Shown: positions 38,440 through 47,966 of the stretch, in pieces
Numbering within the stretch: position 1 is the first letter of the stretch
Layout: each line of letters begins with the position of its first letter
Origin: an uncultured Nitrososphaerota archaeon
GTDB lineage: Archaea > Thermoproteota > Methanomethylicia > Nezhaarchaeales > WYZ-LMO8
Length of the DNA: 64,000 bases
Direction: 5' to 3'
Assembly: GCA_964562935.1 (NCBI GenBank)
Contig: CAZLVJ010000002.1
Location: 844 to 64,843, forward strand
Translations under genes and position numbers: made by a program
Notes under the pieces: model-generated
Database searches by the model: none
Seen by the model: only the letters and a program-made list of their open reading frames with translations
Told to the model about the DNA's origin: nothing

Positions 38440-40555
38440 ACACACCCTCTTTTGTGAGTTTTTTAAGAAAGTCATCAAAAGCCTTCGTGAAATGCTCGAC
38501 GTCTGATGGGGGGCTTAATGTTAGTGAACTAAACAACGCCTTTAACTCTTCGTATTCCCTTCTCAACGTATTATGACTATTTCCTAGCCCTAAAAGCTTG
38601 AAAATCGAGGGTGATTTAAAAACGTCGTCTAAGATGATTTTGTGTAAATCTCTTTCGGGGCTCCATTTGAATATCAAACTTAGAGGGATGTCGAGGGGGT
38701 CGGTGGAGGTCGATTCTAAGGTACCAATAGCCCACACCTCTGCGACACGCCTTAGAATTTTAGAGCCCCGATAACACTTCACCATGTGGACTATTAAGTC
38801 TATGCCGCTCAAATCCTCCTTCGAGATACCGCAATGCAGTAGCAGGCGCCTTATTAAGCCAGAGGCCGAGGAGGCGTGGCATGTATGTACTCCTCGAAGA
38901 CCCGCTGCCACAGCGTGAAATAAAGCTTTGAAGTGTTCCTTTGACTGCAACTCCCCTAAGCAGACCCAGTCGGGAGTTCTGTGCAAAAGCTTTATTATCT
39001 CCATAGATTTTTTACGAGTCTTCTCTGCCACTTCAAAAGGCTCAACATAAAGTCTAAGTTGATGGCGACCTTGGTCTCTTTGATCTAAGCTCTCAACGAC
39101 GTCCTCTACGTAGACTTTACGCCAGTATTTGGGGGTGCACAAATCAAGAGCGTTCATTAGCGTAGTTTTTCCGGTCCCAGGTTCACCACAAATTATGATG
39201 TTTCTCCTATTTATAACGTGCAAAACTAAGAAGGCTGCCTCTTCTAACGACAATACATTATTGAGGACAAGGTCCACTATTGTGTAGACCCTATGCCTTA
39301 GCTTTCGAAGGTCGAGCGAGGGACCTTCGTGAGAAAGAGGAGGTACATCTATTGATGTCCTGACGATAAAATCGCCTAACCTTAGGTTCCACTTCAGTGA
39401 AGGATTTAAATAACTTAGTGGCAATTTGCTTTCAAGCAACACGTGATTTATAAAGCGTTGCACATCCTTGCTCGTTAGTGTTACATTGGTCACGCATCTC
39501 CCAACTTCTTCATGATCTACGTACACCTTTGTCCCAGGCTTGTCGAGGTAAACCTCATCGACGTGCCCATCCAGTAAAAAAGGCATCAATTTATGAACCC
39601 CCAAGGCTCTATACGCTGAGAAGAGCGCGACCTTCTTAATCAAAGGGTCATCCCCGCGGACTAAGCCCTTGGTCTTCACGATGTCTTCGAACATGTCCTT
39701 TAAAAGGCATATCTTGTACCATAAAGAGTCTTGCCTTATCATTTTGTCTAGGATCCCTCCACCGACGCTATCAATTAACATATCTGAGAGGTACTTTGCT
39801 GCGTAAGGCAAGTTTAACGATACGCGGTATAGGTGTTCAGACGATTGAAAGTCGTATATCTCTATATCGAAGACGTCTACCTCGTAACTTTTAATTGGAA
39901 ATCCTTTGTGGTACTCGTCGATAAAAGCTATTTTCATAACTTTCTGTGGACGAAATATCTCTTTATAAATTTCATTTTCAAACATATAATAACTGTTCTT
40001 AGATAGGAGAACAAATTGCGACTCTTCGATTTCCTTTAGAGAGGATGCTAGGAGAGATTTGAGCTCTTTAGCGCACCTTCTATTCCTACATCGCACTTTA
40101 TTGGCCTCGCAGAAAGCTAGACGTAGGAAGTCATAAAAGGCAAGGGGGTTGGTATAGGCGAGGCCTGTATTGTCAAAAAATGATAGATGATCTTTACAGT
40201 CAGCAACACTCCTATACAGTACGCATGAGTAAGAGCATCGAGGATCGTGGAAGGATTGCTTGGTCCAGAGCTTCATGAAATTTTTCCTAAGTTTAGAGAG
40301 CCTATGAGAGTAATCGCTCAATAATTTTATGGTCGAGGGGCTGTATTTTACGAGAGAGCCTTTCTCTTGGACTAGAAGAAGGGTCTTTTTTGAGCTTCCG
40401 CTTAGCAATGACAACCTTAGGAGGAGCTTGCCCCTGCACGCCTCCTTACCCACTAAATCCGGTTCATCGCCTCGACATCTCACGATGATGACCGTCCTCT
40501 CTTTCTTAAACAGCACTTTAACACAGTCTTCGTTAATACAATGAGACGTCATCAT
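38429..40555 (-). CDS. Type II/IV secretion (VirB11/CpaF-TadA) ATPase with Cys-rich N-terminus
   Basis: GEPGTGKTT Walker A, VEDVVE Asp box, WVCLGE Walker B, HTCHA His box. Confidence 0.88.
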   Translation of the reverse strand: MMTSHCINEDCVKVLFKKERTVIIVRCRGDEPDLVGKEACRGKLLLRLSLLSGSSKKTLLLVQEKGSLVKYSPSTIKLLSDYSHRLSKLRKNFMKLWTKQSFHDPRCSYSCVLYRSVADCKDHLSFFDNTGLAYTNPLAFYDFLRLAFCEANKVRCRNRRCAKELKSLLASSLKEIEESQFVLLSKNSYYMFENEIYKEIFRPQKVMKIAFIDEYHKGFPIKSYEVDVFDIEIYDFQSSEHLYRVSLNLPYAAKYLSDMLIDSVGGGILDKMIRQDSLWYKICLLKDMFEDIVKTKGLVRGDDPLIKKVALFSAYRALGVHKLMPFLLDGHVDEVYLDKPGTKVYVDHEEVGRCVTNVTLTSKDVQRFINHVLLESKLPLSYLNPSLKWNLRLGDFIVRTSIDVPPLSHEGPSLDLRKLRHRVYTIVDLVLNNVLSLEEAAFLVLHVINRRNIIICGEPGTGKTTLMNALDLCTPKYWRKVYVEDVVESLDQRDQGRHQLRLYVEPFEVAEKTRKKSMEIIKLLHRTPDWVCLGELQSKEHFKALFHAVAAGLRGVHTCHASSASGLIRRLLLHCGISKEDLSGIDLIVHMVKCYRGSKILRRVAEVWAIGTLESTSTDPLDIPLSLIFKWSPERDLHKIILDDVFKSPSIFKLLGLGNSHNTLRREYEELKALFSSLTLSPPSDVEHFTKAFDDFLKKLTKEGVYAI

Positions 40556-40735
40556 CGTACTAGTCTCAACTAAGGCGTTTTATAGACCAACATAGCTGGT
40601 TAGCGAGTCGCCTACTACCGCAGGAGAGATGCGCACATTTGTTTTGCTGAGCCGAAAGGTTTTAGCCTATGCTCGAAGGACTACACTTAAGCCCGACCTT
40701 AGCATTCTAATATGACTCAAAGGGGGCCGCATTAT

Positions 40736-41449
40736 ATGTCAGTGAGCGTCGTGTTGAAGGAGCGCATACCTAGGGACTCGATATTCGTCACAGGATTTCA
40801 AGGGATGGGGATCGCGGGGTATATAGCCGTTAGGCACATGATTCGTGCGTTAAACGCTAAGCCCCTAGGTTTTATTATGCTAAAGAGAATGCCTCCTTAC
40901 GTGTGGATGGAGGGCAACAGGCTCGCAACTCCTATGCAACTCTTTGGATACCAAAACTATGTCTTCATGCTAGTAGAGTTCATGCCCCCAATGCCAGACT
41001 TGTACGTGTTCGTAGATAAGATCTGTGAATGGATTTCTGAAACATTTATTGAGGCATTCCTCATTGGAGGCCTTGACCTAAGGGTCAGAAAAGAGGGAGA
41101 GAGCGAGAGAGCAAAGTTCGCAGCTACTACTAAGGCCATAGACAAGGTGCTTAAGCAAGGGTATAGAGTATTAGATAGTGGCCTGTACATCACAGGCCCT
41201 TTGGCACTGATGCTCATGAAGTTTGAGCAATTAAATTTCCCAGCTTTAGCGGTATTGGCCTATGCTAATGCTTCAAGGCCCGACCCTATGGCCGCAGCAA
41301 TAGCCATTCAGTACTTCAGTGAAATGTACGGAGTTAAAGTGGACGTCGATGAGTTGATAAGAGATGCACAAAGAATAGAAGCCGAAATAGAGGAGAGCCT
41401 AAGGAGAAGGCAGGAAAAAGTCACGGAGATGAGTGCTCTATACATTTAA
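40736..41449 (+). CDS. PAC2-family proteasome assembly chaperone
   Basis: TGFQGMGIAGYIA, ITGPLALML, RPDPMAA, VDVDELIRDAQRIE. Confidence 0.88.
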   Translation: MSVSVVLKERIPRDSIFVTGFQGMGIAGYIAVRHMIRALNAKPLGFIMLKRMPPYVWMEGNRLATPMQLFGYQNYVFMLVEFMPPMPDLYVFVDKICEWISETFIEAFLIGGLDLRVRKEGESERAKFAATTKAIDKVLKQGYRVLDSGLYITGPLALMLMKFEQLNFPALAVLAYANASRPDPMAAAIAIQYFSEMYGVKVDVDELIRDAQRIEAEIEESLRRRQEKVTEMSALYI

Positions 41450-41472
41450 AGTGATTAGATCATCGAGTTGTT

Positions 41473-43074
41473 TTAACGACCTTCGATAAGCTCCCTCAAT
41501 AAGAGGAGTAGGTTCTCTAGATCCTCGGTGGTGTAAAGTTTTTTTGAGTGTAGGACTTTAACATTGTTACACGACCCCTTGCATGCAACCTCCAAGTACT
41601 TGCTCCATCGTCTTACATCATTATAAAGGAGTATTGCTTTGGGCTCGAAAATCCTTAGAAGCTTTTTCGCCTTAGAGCTCACGTACATTTTAGATAACGC
41701 ATCAAGCTTGCTAGGTGCCTCATATTGTGACAGGGGGAAAACTCCATTAAGCTCGAGAGGGACTAAGCAAAAAGGGTAATCGTAGAGGAGCACTTTGACG
41801 TTTTTATGATTTTTAAAGCCGTGACTTATTCTCTCAATTAGTTTTTTAACGAAGCCGTCGAATAGCGGATCGTCCTCCTTGGGTATTAGAACCAAGACCT
41901 TTCCATGAAAATGACTCAGACAGTTCTTAAGATTTTTAAAGTGTCTTATGACTTTAGGCCTAAAGACGTCATAATAATCGTAGAAAAACAAACCAGAGAT
42001 GGAGGGTTTGGTCCTAGGGTCAAGACGTTCAAGAAAATGTCTATATCTCTTGAACTTTAAGAAGGCCAGGAAAAGCCTTGGATGAGCTCTTGATCTCAAA
42101 GAGACATACTCCCATAGCGATCCCTCTCTTATCGACTGTTTGATCCTCCGAATCTCGCCTATAATTGTGTAGAGGTTATGCAAGGCTAGCAACTTTACAC
42201 GTAGACTTGATGGCATTTCGGTGAGTTCTTGCGGTGTATGCTTCGAGCATATGGGACATGAGCAAGGGAAGTGTTCCAAATCCCGTAATCTGTAGGTGCC
42301 GTAAGGTGTCACGTATCTGTCCTCCTTGGCATAGAGGATGTAAGAGGCAGAGTCGAAGAGGTCGCAACCTAATGCTACGGCCATCGAAAGCATCATTGGA
42401 TGGCCTGCACCAAACAAATGTATTGGTTTCTCTAGCGACAACACTACCTTGGAAGTATATATGATGTCGACCAATGCTTCGTAGTTGTATGTTTCCATAA
42501 TTGTCGTTGGGCTTCCAATCGCATAGATGTCGAAGTTTAATGTCGAGAGCTGTTTGGCGCAGTACTTTACCAGGTCTATGTAAGGTGCTCCTTGGACGGG
42601 TCCGACCCATAACACAGTCTCATCGCTCTTGATGGAGCGCAAGGCCTTAGCCCTCTTTATGGTTTCATTTACTCTGCGCAGAGCTTCATCATAAGACGTT
42701 GCCCCCGTAGGATAGTCAAGTATCACTGCTATGTCGCTACCGCACTTTTCTTGTAGGACTACAGCTTCCTCAGGAGTTATATCGACGTTTCCATAGACTA
42801 GTAATTGATAAGCCCCCGAATCTGTCATTACGGGCCCGGGAAAGCCTAGTAGGTCGTGTACGTCAACTACCTTGAGCTCTTGAAAAGCTCTTCGTACGTG
42901 TAAGATGTTCGTTATAAAGGCGTTGAATCCAAGCTCCTCGATCTCCTTCACTGTTATCGTAGTGTCAAATGGATTTATCACTGGAAAGAGGTAAGGAGTC
43001 TCTATCGTACCTCTCCTTGTCCTAAGCCTTCCCAATCTCCCCGCCAGGTCTTTGTCTAAAACTTCAAAGCTCAT
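41473..43074 (-). CDS. tgtA: Archaeosine tRNA-guanine(15) transglycosylase
   Basis: MTDSGAYQ, GPVQG, HLFGAGHP, DLFDSASY, CSCPIC zinc site. Confidence 0.95.
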   Translation of the reverse strand: MSFEVLDKDLAGRLGRLRTRRGTIETPYLFPVINPFDTTITVKEIEELGFNAFITNILHVRRAFQELKVVDVHDLLGFPGPVMTDSGAYQLLVYGNVDITPEEAVVLQEKCGSDIAVILDYPTGATSYDEALRRVNETIKRAKALRSIKSDETVLWVGPVQGAPYIDLVKYCAKQLSTLNFDIYAIGSPTTIMETYNYEALVDIIYTSKVVLSLEKPIHLFGAGHPMMLSMAVALGCDLFDSASYILYAKEDRYVTPYGTYRLRDLEHFPCSCPICSKHTPQELTEMPSSLRVKLLALHNLYTIIGEIRRIKQSIREGSLWEYVSLRSRAHPRLFLAFLKFKRYRHFLERLDPRTKPSISGLFFYDYYDVFRPKVIRHFKNLKNCLSHFHGKVLVLIPKEDDPLFDGFVKKLIERISHGFKNHKNVKVLLYDYPFCLVPLELNGVFPLSQYEAPSKLDALSKMYVSSKAKKLLRIFEPKAILLYNDVRRWSKYLEVACKGSCNNVKVLHSKKLYTTEDLENLLLLLRELIEGR

Positions 43075-43075
43075 A

Positions 43076-43522
43076 TCACGTCTTGCTTTGAGATTGCTTC
43101 GAAGCTATGAACTCCTCAAATATCTTCTTAACTCTTTCAGCTACTGGTCCTGAGCCCTCAATAACTCCTGACTCCGTCACTCTAACTCTATCCATTACCG
43201 TTATGACGCCGACATCTTCGTGTAGGACAACCATGTTCGGAAAGGCTTTTTCAAGGGCTTCTGCTAGACCCTTAAGGTCGAAGGGCTCTTCCAGTCTTAA
43301 GATCTGAGCTACGTAATGGCCGTTAATGAGTACCCTTGCATACGCATTCCCTTTCTCGTCTTTAGCGCTCGCTAATATGAGCGTCAGAGTGCTCTGGTCG
43401 TAAGCTATGAGCTTGCCCTCATACGATGAACCGCTTGCTGTAATAACCCTTACTTTTTTGTCTAATAAGGAAGACAACTCTGTCGAGAACCTCCGCACGG
43501 CCAGGGGTTGAAAACTACTCAC
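43076..43522 (-). CDS. Sm-like protein with C-terminal extension (SmAP3-type)
   Basis: Sm1 YEGKLIAYD, Sm2 VLING, C-terminal GSGPVAERVKKIF; start set to GTG after GAGGTG. Confidence 0.85.
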   Translation of the reverse strand: MSSFQPLAVRRFSTELSSLLDKKVRVITASGSSYEGKLIAYDQSTLTLILASAKDEKGNAYARVLINGHYVAQILRLEEPFDLKGLAEALEKAFPNMVVLHEDVGVITVMDRVRVTESGVIEGSGPVAERVKKIFEEFIASKQSQSKT

Positions 43523-43624
43523 TTCATACAACACCTCACAGCTTTTTGCCGAGCCTAGAGTTTGTAGGGGACGCAAATTAATTTATATCCTCAATGAGGT
43601 ATTTCTCTTTGCGAGGTGCGCTAA

Positions 43625-44002
43625 ATGGCAAACGGCATTTTGATGGACGTCGAAGCCGAGGTTAGTAAGGTAGAAAAAAGCGGATCAAAGGACTTAAGCG
43701 TAGTCAAATTGATTACATTGGATGGCACGAATATCAGCTTAGAGGTCCCTCACCCTCTTCTACAATTAAAGGGGGGAGAAAAAATACGCCTAGTCATAAG
43801 CACAGATCCTAACATCGAGCACGACGTGAATGGCCTGCTCCTATGCACGATATACAGCATTGAAAAGATCAAGAGCGGAAAAGAGGAGAGGACCTTTGTT
43901 TATGGATCCATCGGGGGGCTTCAAGCCAGAATGGAGGGCAAAGGACTCCACAAAAAGTTTAAAATGGGGGACAAAGTTTACTTGGGTATTAAATTGCTGT
44001 AA
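43625..44002 (+). CDS. rpoG: RNA polymerase subunit Rpo8/G (Rpb8 homologue)
   Basis: OB-fold pattern with SIGGL and GDKVYL motifs; divergent from Lsm-tgtA. Confidence 0.75.
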   Translation: MANGILMDVEAEVSKVEKSGSKDLSVVKLITLDGTNISLEVPHPLLQLKGGEKIRLVISTDPNIEHDVNGLLLCTIYSIEKIKSGKEERTFVYGSIGGLQARMEGKGLHKKFKMGDKVYLGIKLL

Positions 44003-44156
44003 AATATACTTTCACTGACCTCTCTCTGCCTATAGTTTTAAAATATCATCAACATGCGCCTACCCTTTTCCGGAAGCTTTATTGTTAATGCTCGTTTAGT
44101 GAGTACAACACAAACTTTAATTTTTAATTTTAAGTTGCGGGCCTTAGTGATGAAAA

Positions 44157-45122
44157 TTGCTTAGAGCAACTTGTGAGGAGTGCGGTGGGACTTTAATCCT
44201 CTCAGAAAGCGGAGAGTATGTCTGTGAGGCCTGCGGGCTCGTCTATGAGGAAACTAAGACGTTCCCACCTCGTAGTTTGACGGCCTGTGGTAAGAGGGGT
44301 GCACAACACTTTGAAGTGCTCAACAAAACACCTTTTAAAGTTCCGATATTTTGGCGTAATGCGTTTAGCAATGACAATATCGAAAAGATTAAGGCGATGG
44401 AGCGTTTTAGCAAGTTAGACTTCGTCCAGCGATATTGCATAGACAAGCTCTCTTTAAGGGCAATCCGAAGAGCTTACGCCGTTTTGCTATCCCTATGCTC
44501 GCTCCTTCCGGTTCAATTATCATCAACTATCAAGAGAAGGTCTCTAGAGGTGTACTACAACGCTGTCTTAAGATTGAGGAGCACGAGGAAAAATCACGTA
44601 GCGCTAATGACGGCCAGCTTTTATGTAGCTGTGAGGGAAAGGTATAGAAATTTTGACCTAACTCTAAAGCAAATAATACTTCACTTAAGGAAGATGGGCG
44701 TAAGCATTTCTATCAGCGACATATTCAGAGCAATCTTCTTGTTAAGAAAGGTCCTAGGCGTCGTTTTAAAGCCTAGAAACCCAGAGGAGTTGTTATCCAT
44801 CGCTATAAGAAAGATTATGAGAGATGAGAGGGTCAAGGAAAAGTTGTTGAGAAATAACATAGATTCTCACCTATACTCAAAAGAGCTCTACAGTGAGGCT
44901 TCTCTATTGCTTAAAAAAGTTAAATGTAGCAAAAGTCCTTTATCGCTTGTAGCCACAGCTGTATATACTGCTGACAAAATCTTGGTTTTAAAACATCAAT
45001 GGAAAGACGTGCTGACACAAAAATCTTTAAGCTCCATATTAAACGTTAGCCCCTTCACCATTAGAGAGCTATATTACAAAATATTTAGAAAGTACATCTT
45101 TGGTGATCGGAGTGAGGAGTAA
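44157..45122 (+). CDS. Divergent TFB/TFIIB-like protein
   Basis: CEEC..GEYVCEACGLV zinc ribbon, two cyclin-like repeats, TQKSLSSILNVSPFTIR helix-turn-helix. Confidence 0.75.
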   Translation: MLRATCEECGGTLILSESGEYVCEACGLVYEETKTFPPRSLTACGKRGAQHFEVLNKTPFKVPIFWRNAFSNDNIEKIKAMERFSKLDFVQRYCIDKLSLRAIRRAYAVLLSLCSLLPVQLSSTIKRRSLEVYYNAVLRLRSTRKNHVALMTASFYVAVRERYRNFDLTLKQIILHLRKMGVSISISDIFRAIFLLRKVLGVVLKPRNPEELLSIAIRKIMRDERVKEKLLRNNIDSHLYSKELYSEASLLLKKVKCSKSPLSLVATAVYTADKILVLKHQWKDVLTQKSLSSILNVSPFTIRELYYKIFRKYIFGDRSEE

Positions 45123-45441
45123 GGTGGTAAAATTGACTTTAGAGAACTTACTAGAGGTGTTGTTAAGCCACGGCATCCAACTACAAAAGATCGAGGAAAT
45201 GATGGCGGAGTTGGGCATCCCTCGAAGTTACATCGAAAGAGCGTTAGCGAACATAATAACGATATTCCCCCAAAAGGGGGTAAAAGAAGGAAAGGAACTG
45301 GGCAACTTAAGCGAGAGAAGGAGAAATTTTGACGAGCAAGCAGAGCTGACAGCACAAATAAGAGAAGTGAAAGAGCTAATCGAAAAAGTCTATAACAAGT
45401 TGTTCTTGACTCGTGATAGTGATGGGCCGGCCCGGACTTGA
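45100..45441 (+). CDS. Hypothetical protein
   Basis: 113-aa ORF coupled to the TFB-like gene; 3' end overlaps tRNA-Val antisense. Confidence 0.5.
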   Translation: MVIGVRSKVVKLTLENLLEVLLSHGIQLQKIEEMMAELGIPRSYIERALANIITIFPQKGVKEGKELGNLSERRRNFDEQAELTAQIREVKELIEKVYNKLFLTRDSDGPART

Positions 45442-45496
45442 ACCGGGGACCTCCCGCGTGTGAGGCGGGCGTTCTAACCAGCTGAACTACCGGCCC
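45423..45496 (-). tRNA. tRNA-Val(CAC), intronless, CCA not encoded
   Basis: GGGCCGG/CCGGCCC acceptor, CCCGC-CT-CAC-AC-GCGGG anticodon arm, TTCAAGT T-loop. Confidence 0.97.
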
Positions 45497-45527
45497 TCCA
45501 AGAGAGGGGAGGCCGCAGAGCTTAAAG

Positions 45528-45689
45528 TTACTTCTGTACTGAGCGCTTCTTCCATCTTAAGTCATAGGAGCGGCACTTCCGACATCTCTCAGCTGTAGGA
45601 GCGTTTCGAGCGCCACACCTTCGACAGATTTTCACCATCAGCAACTTCTTTTGGGCTATCTGCAACTTAAGCGGATCAGCTATCGGCAT
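45528..45689 (-). CDS. rpl40e: 50S ribosomal protein L40e
   Basis: Manual translation MPIADPLKLQIAQKKLLMVKICRRCGARNAPTAERCRKCRSYDLRWKK; below ORF-track cutoff. Confidence 0.95.
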   Translation of the reverse strand: MPIADPLKLQIAQKKLLMVKICRRCGARNAPTAERCRKCRSYDLRWKKRSVQK

Positions 45690-45818
45690 GGGAGAGACCT
45701 CCCGAGCTCTTCTTTAGGGTCTACCAGATAAATTTATCCTTGACTTTACGTGGGATGAGTTTAAGAAGCATTATAACCCCAGACTCTAATGTAAGATAGC
45801 GAAAAATTGGGAGAGGGT

Positions 45819-46091
45819 ATGAAAGAGAACGTCGTGATAGTTGGACAGAAACCCACTATGAATTACGTCCTCGCGTGCCTCACACTATTTCACCAAGGGT
45901 TCGGCGAAGTGACTATAAGGGCCAGAGGGAGGGCGATATCGAAGGCCGTTGACGTCGCAAATATCGTAAAGGAAAAATTTATTCCTACTGCTAAGGTTAA
46001 GAGTCTAGAGCTTGGTAACGAGAGGATCGTGACAGAGAGGGGGGACGTCGTTAGCTTAAGCACCATAGTGATAACATTATCGAAAGAGTGA
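45819..46091 (+). CDS. albA: Chromatin protein Alba
   Basis: VGQKPTMNYVLA, IRARGRAISKAVDVA. Confidence 0.96.
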   Translation: MKENVVIVGQKPTMNYVLACLTLFHQGFGEVTIRARGRAISKAVDVANIVKEKFIPTAKVKSLELGNERIVTERGDVVSLSTIVITLSKE

Positions 46092-46101
46092 GGGGTACGA
46101 G

Positions 46102-46602
46102 TTGCAATTCCCAATATGCTACTTTTGCTTGAAGACAGGACTCTTATGCAAGACTTGCGATGAAAAGTTGAGAAAGGGCGAGATAACGAGGCTTGATATA
46201 GAGGTTGCTAAGTGGTTTCTGAATAACGAAGGAAAATATCCACAACTTAAGGACTGTACGTTCCATAAAGCTGTCCAGAAGAACGGCCTATTGGTCGTGC
46301 TTATTGGGTGTAAAAATAGGGGGCTCGCCACCCTTTGGAGAAAGATAGGTAAGGCGCTAAGCGACGAAAAAGGGGTTAATGTTAGAGTAGTTGAGAAAAC
46401 TACCTCTCTAAGAAGCCTCTTGAGCCAGCTATTGTTTCCAGCCAAAGTAATCTCACTAAACACCATTTGGTTACCGGACGGCTCGTGTGAAAGTACCGTC
46501 AAGATCGCGCCAGAGGACTTAAAGAGGTTGCCCGCGGATGCAAAGGTGCTGGAAGAAGTGATACGTGAGTTGGTAGGAGAAATCGTTTATATTGCTACTT
46601 GA
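46102..46602 (+). CDS. NusA-like archaeal protein with N-terminal zinc finger
   Basis: PICYFCLKTGLLCKTC, VRVVEK, WLPDG. Confidence 0.8.
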   Translation: MQFPICYFCLKTGLLCKTCDEKLRKGEITRLDIEVAKWFLNNEGKYPQLKDCTFHKAVQKNGLLVVLIGCKNRGLATLWRKIGKALSDEKGVNVRVVEKTTSLRSLLSQLLFPAKVISLNTIWLPDGSCESTVKIAPEDLKRLPADAKVLEEVIRELVGEIVYIAT

Positions 46603-46621
46603 TAAATAGCGCTTCTGACGG

Positions 46622-47947
46622 GTGATGCCTGCCATAGACCTCATGGAGTCATGGAGGAAGACTCATAGAAACTCTGAAGTTGCGTTGCTACCAGACGGGT
46701 CTGAAGTAGTGTTAATGGGTTGGCTTCATGACGTAAGGGATCTAGGTAGCATCAAGTTCTTATTGGTACGGGACTCATCTGGCATCGTCCAGATAACGAT
46801 CAAGAAGGAACTTGTTGATCAAAACTTGTTGGAAAAGGCCTCTCAAATAACTCGTGAAAGCGTCATAGCAGTAAAGGGCATCGTAAAAAGAAGTGGGAGG
46901 AGTAAGCTCGGAGTCGAGGTACTACCACGTGAGATTAAGGTGCTTAGTCCATCTAAAGCGCCTTTACCTCTAGAAGTTACAGGCAAAGTTCCAGCGGACT
47001 TCGAGACGCGTATGAGCTCTAGGTTCATGGACTTGAGGAGGCCTAGTGAGGCCTTCATCTTTAAGTTACAACATGAAGTTTTAAAGGCCTTAAGAAAGTT
47101 CTTAGACGAAAAAGGGTTCATCGAAGTCATAACGCCAAAGATACTCGTCTCAGCAACCGAGGGTGGCGCAGAGCTATTCAGAGTACAATACTTTGAAAGA
47201 ACGGCCTACCTTGCTCAAAGCCCTCAGCTTTACAAGGAGATTCTGACAAGCTGTTTTGAGAGGGTATACGAGATAGGGGTCTATTTTAGAGCTGAAGAAT
47301 CCAACACTCCTTATCATCTCAATGAGTTCGTGTCGGTCGACATAGAGGCTGCGTTTATGGACTATAGGGATGTCATGAAGATTTTAGAAGAATGCATAGT
47401 CTATGTGTATCGACACCTTAGAAGGGAGTACTACGAGGAGTTGAAGAAAATTCATGGTGATTTTAAGGAGCCCGATACTCCCTTCCCAGTAATTACGTAC
47501 TCTGAAGCTATAGAGCTTCTGCAAAGGGAAGGAGTAAACATAAAATGGGGCGATGACTTAACAGCTCCAGCTCTAAGAGAGCTAAGTAAGGAGTACGGTG
47601 GTTACTACTTTATAACTGACTGGCCAAGCGAAGCAAAACCCTTCTACATAAAGCCTCATCGGGATAACGAGAAAATGTGCGAGAGCTTCGACCTTATGTG
47701 GCGTCACATAGAGCTTGCAAGCGGCGGAAGCAGGATATACCTTCGAGAAGAGCTCGAAGAAAGCATTAAACGCAAGGGGCTCAAGGTCGAGAGCTTTAAA
47801 GAGCACTTGAGGGTCTTTGACTACGGAATGCCGCCTCATGCTGGCTGGGGGTTAGGGCTTTCAAGGTTCCTCATGGTGCTGACTGGTAGGCAAAACATAA
47901 GAGAGGTAGTTCTCTTCCCGCGCGACAGGACAAGGCTAACCCCTTGA
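46622..47947 (+). CDS. aspS: Aspartyl-tRNA synthetase
   Basis: GWLHDVRDLG, EGGAELF, LAQSPQLYK, FRAE, YGMPPHAGWGLG. Confidence 0.97.
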   Translation: MMPAIDLMESWRKTHRNSEVALLPDGSEVVLMGWLHDVRDLGSIKFLLVRDSSGIVQITIKKELVDQNLLEKASQITRESVIAVKGIVKRSGRSKLGVEVLPREIKVLSPSKAPLPLEVTGKVPADFETRMSSRFMDLRRPSEAFIFKLQHEVLKALRKFLDEKGFIEVITPKILVSATEGGAELFRVQYFERTAYLAQSPQLYKEILTSCFERVYEIGVYFRAEESNTPYHLNEFVSVDIEAAFMDYRDVMKILEECIVYVYRHLRREYYEELKKIHGDFKEPDTPFPVITYSEAIELLQREGVNIKWGDDLTAPALRELSKEYGGYYFITDWPSEAKPFYIKPHRDNEKMCESFDLMWRHIELASGGSRIYLREELEESIKRKGLKVESFKEHLRVFDYGMPPHAGWGLGLSRFLMVLTGRQNIREVVLFPRDRTRLTP

Positions 47948-47966
47948 AATAACAAGGTCGTTAAGA

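Noticed and set aside
44003..45496. Integrated element at the tRNA-Val 3' end
   Set aside because: No integrase and no duplicated tRNA 3' end (att site) seen in the window.
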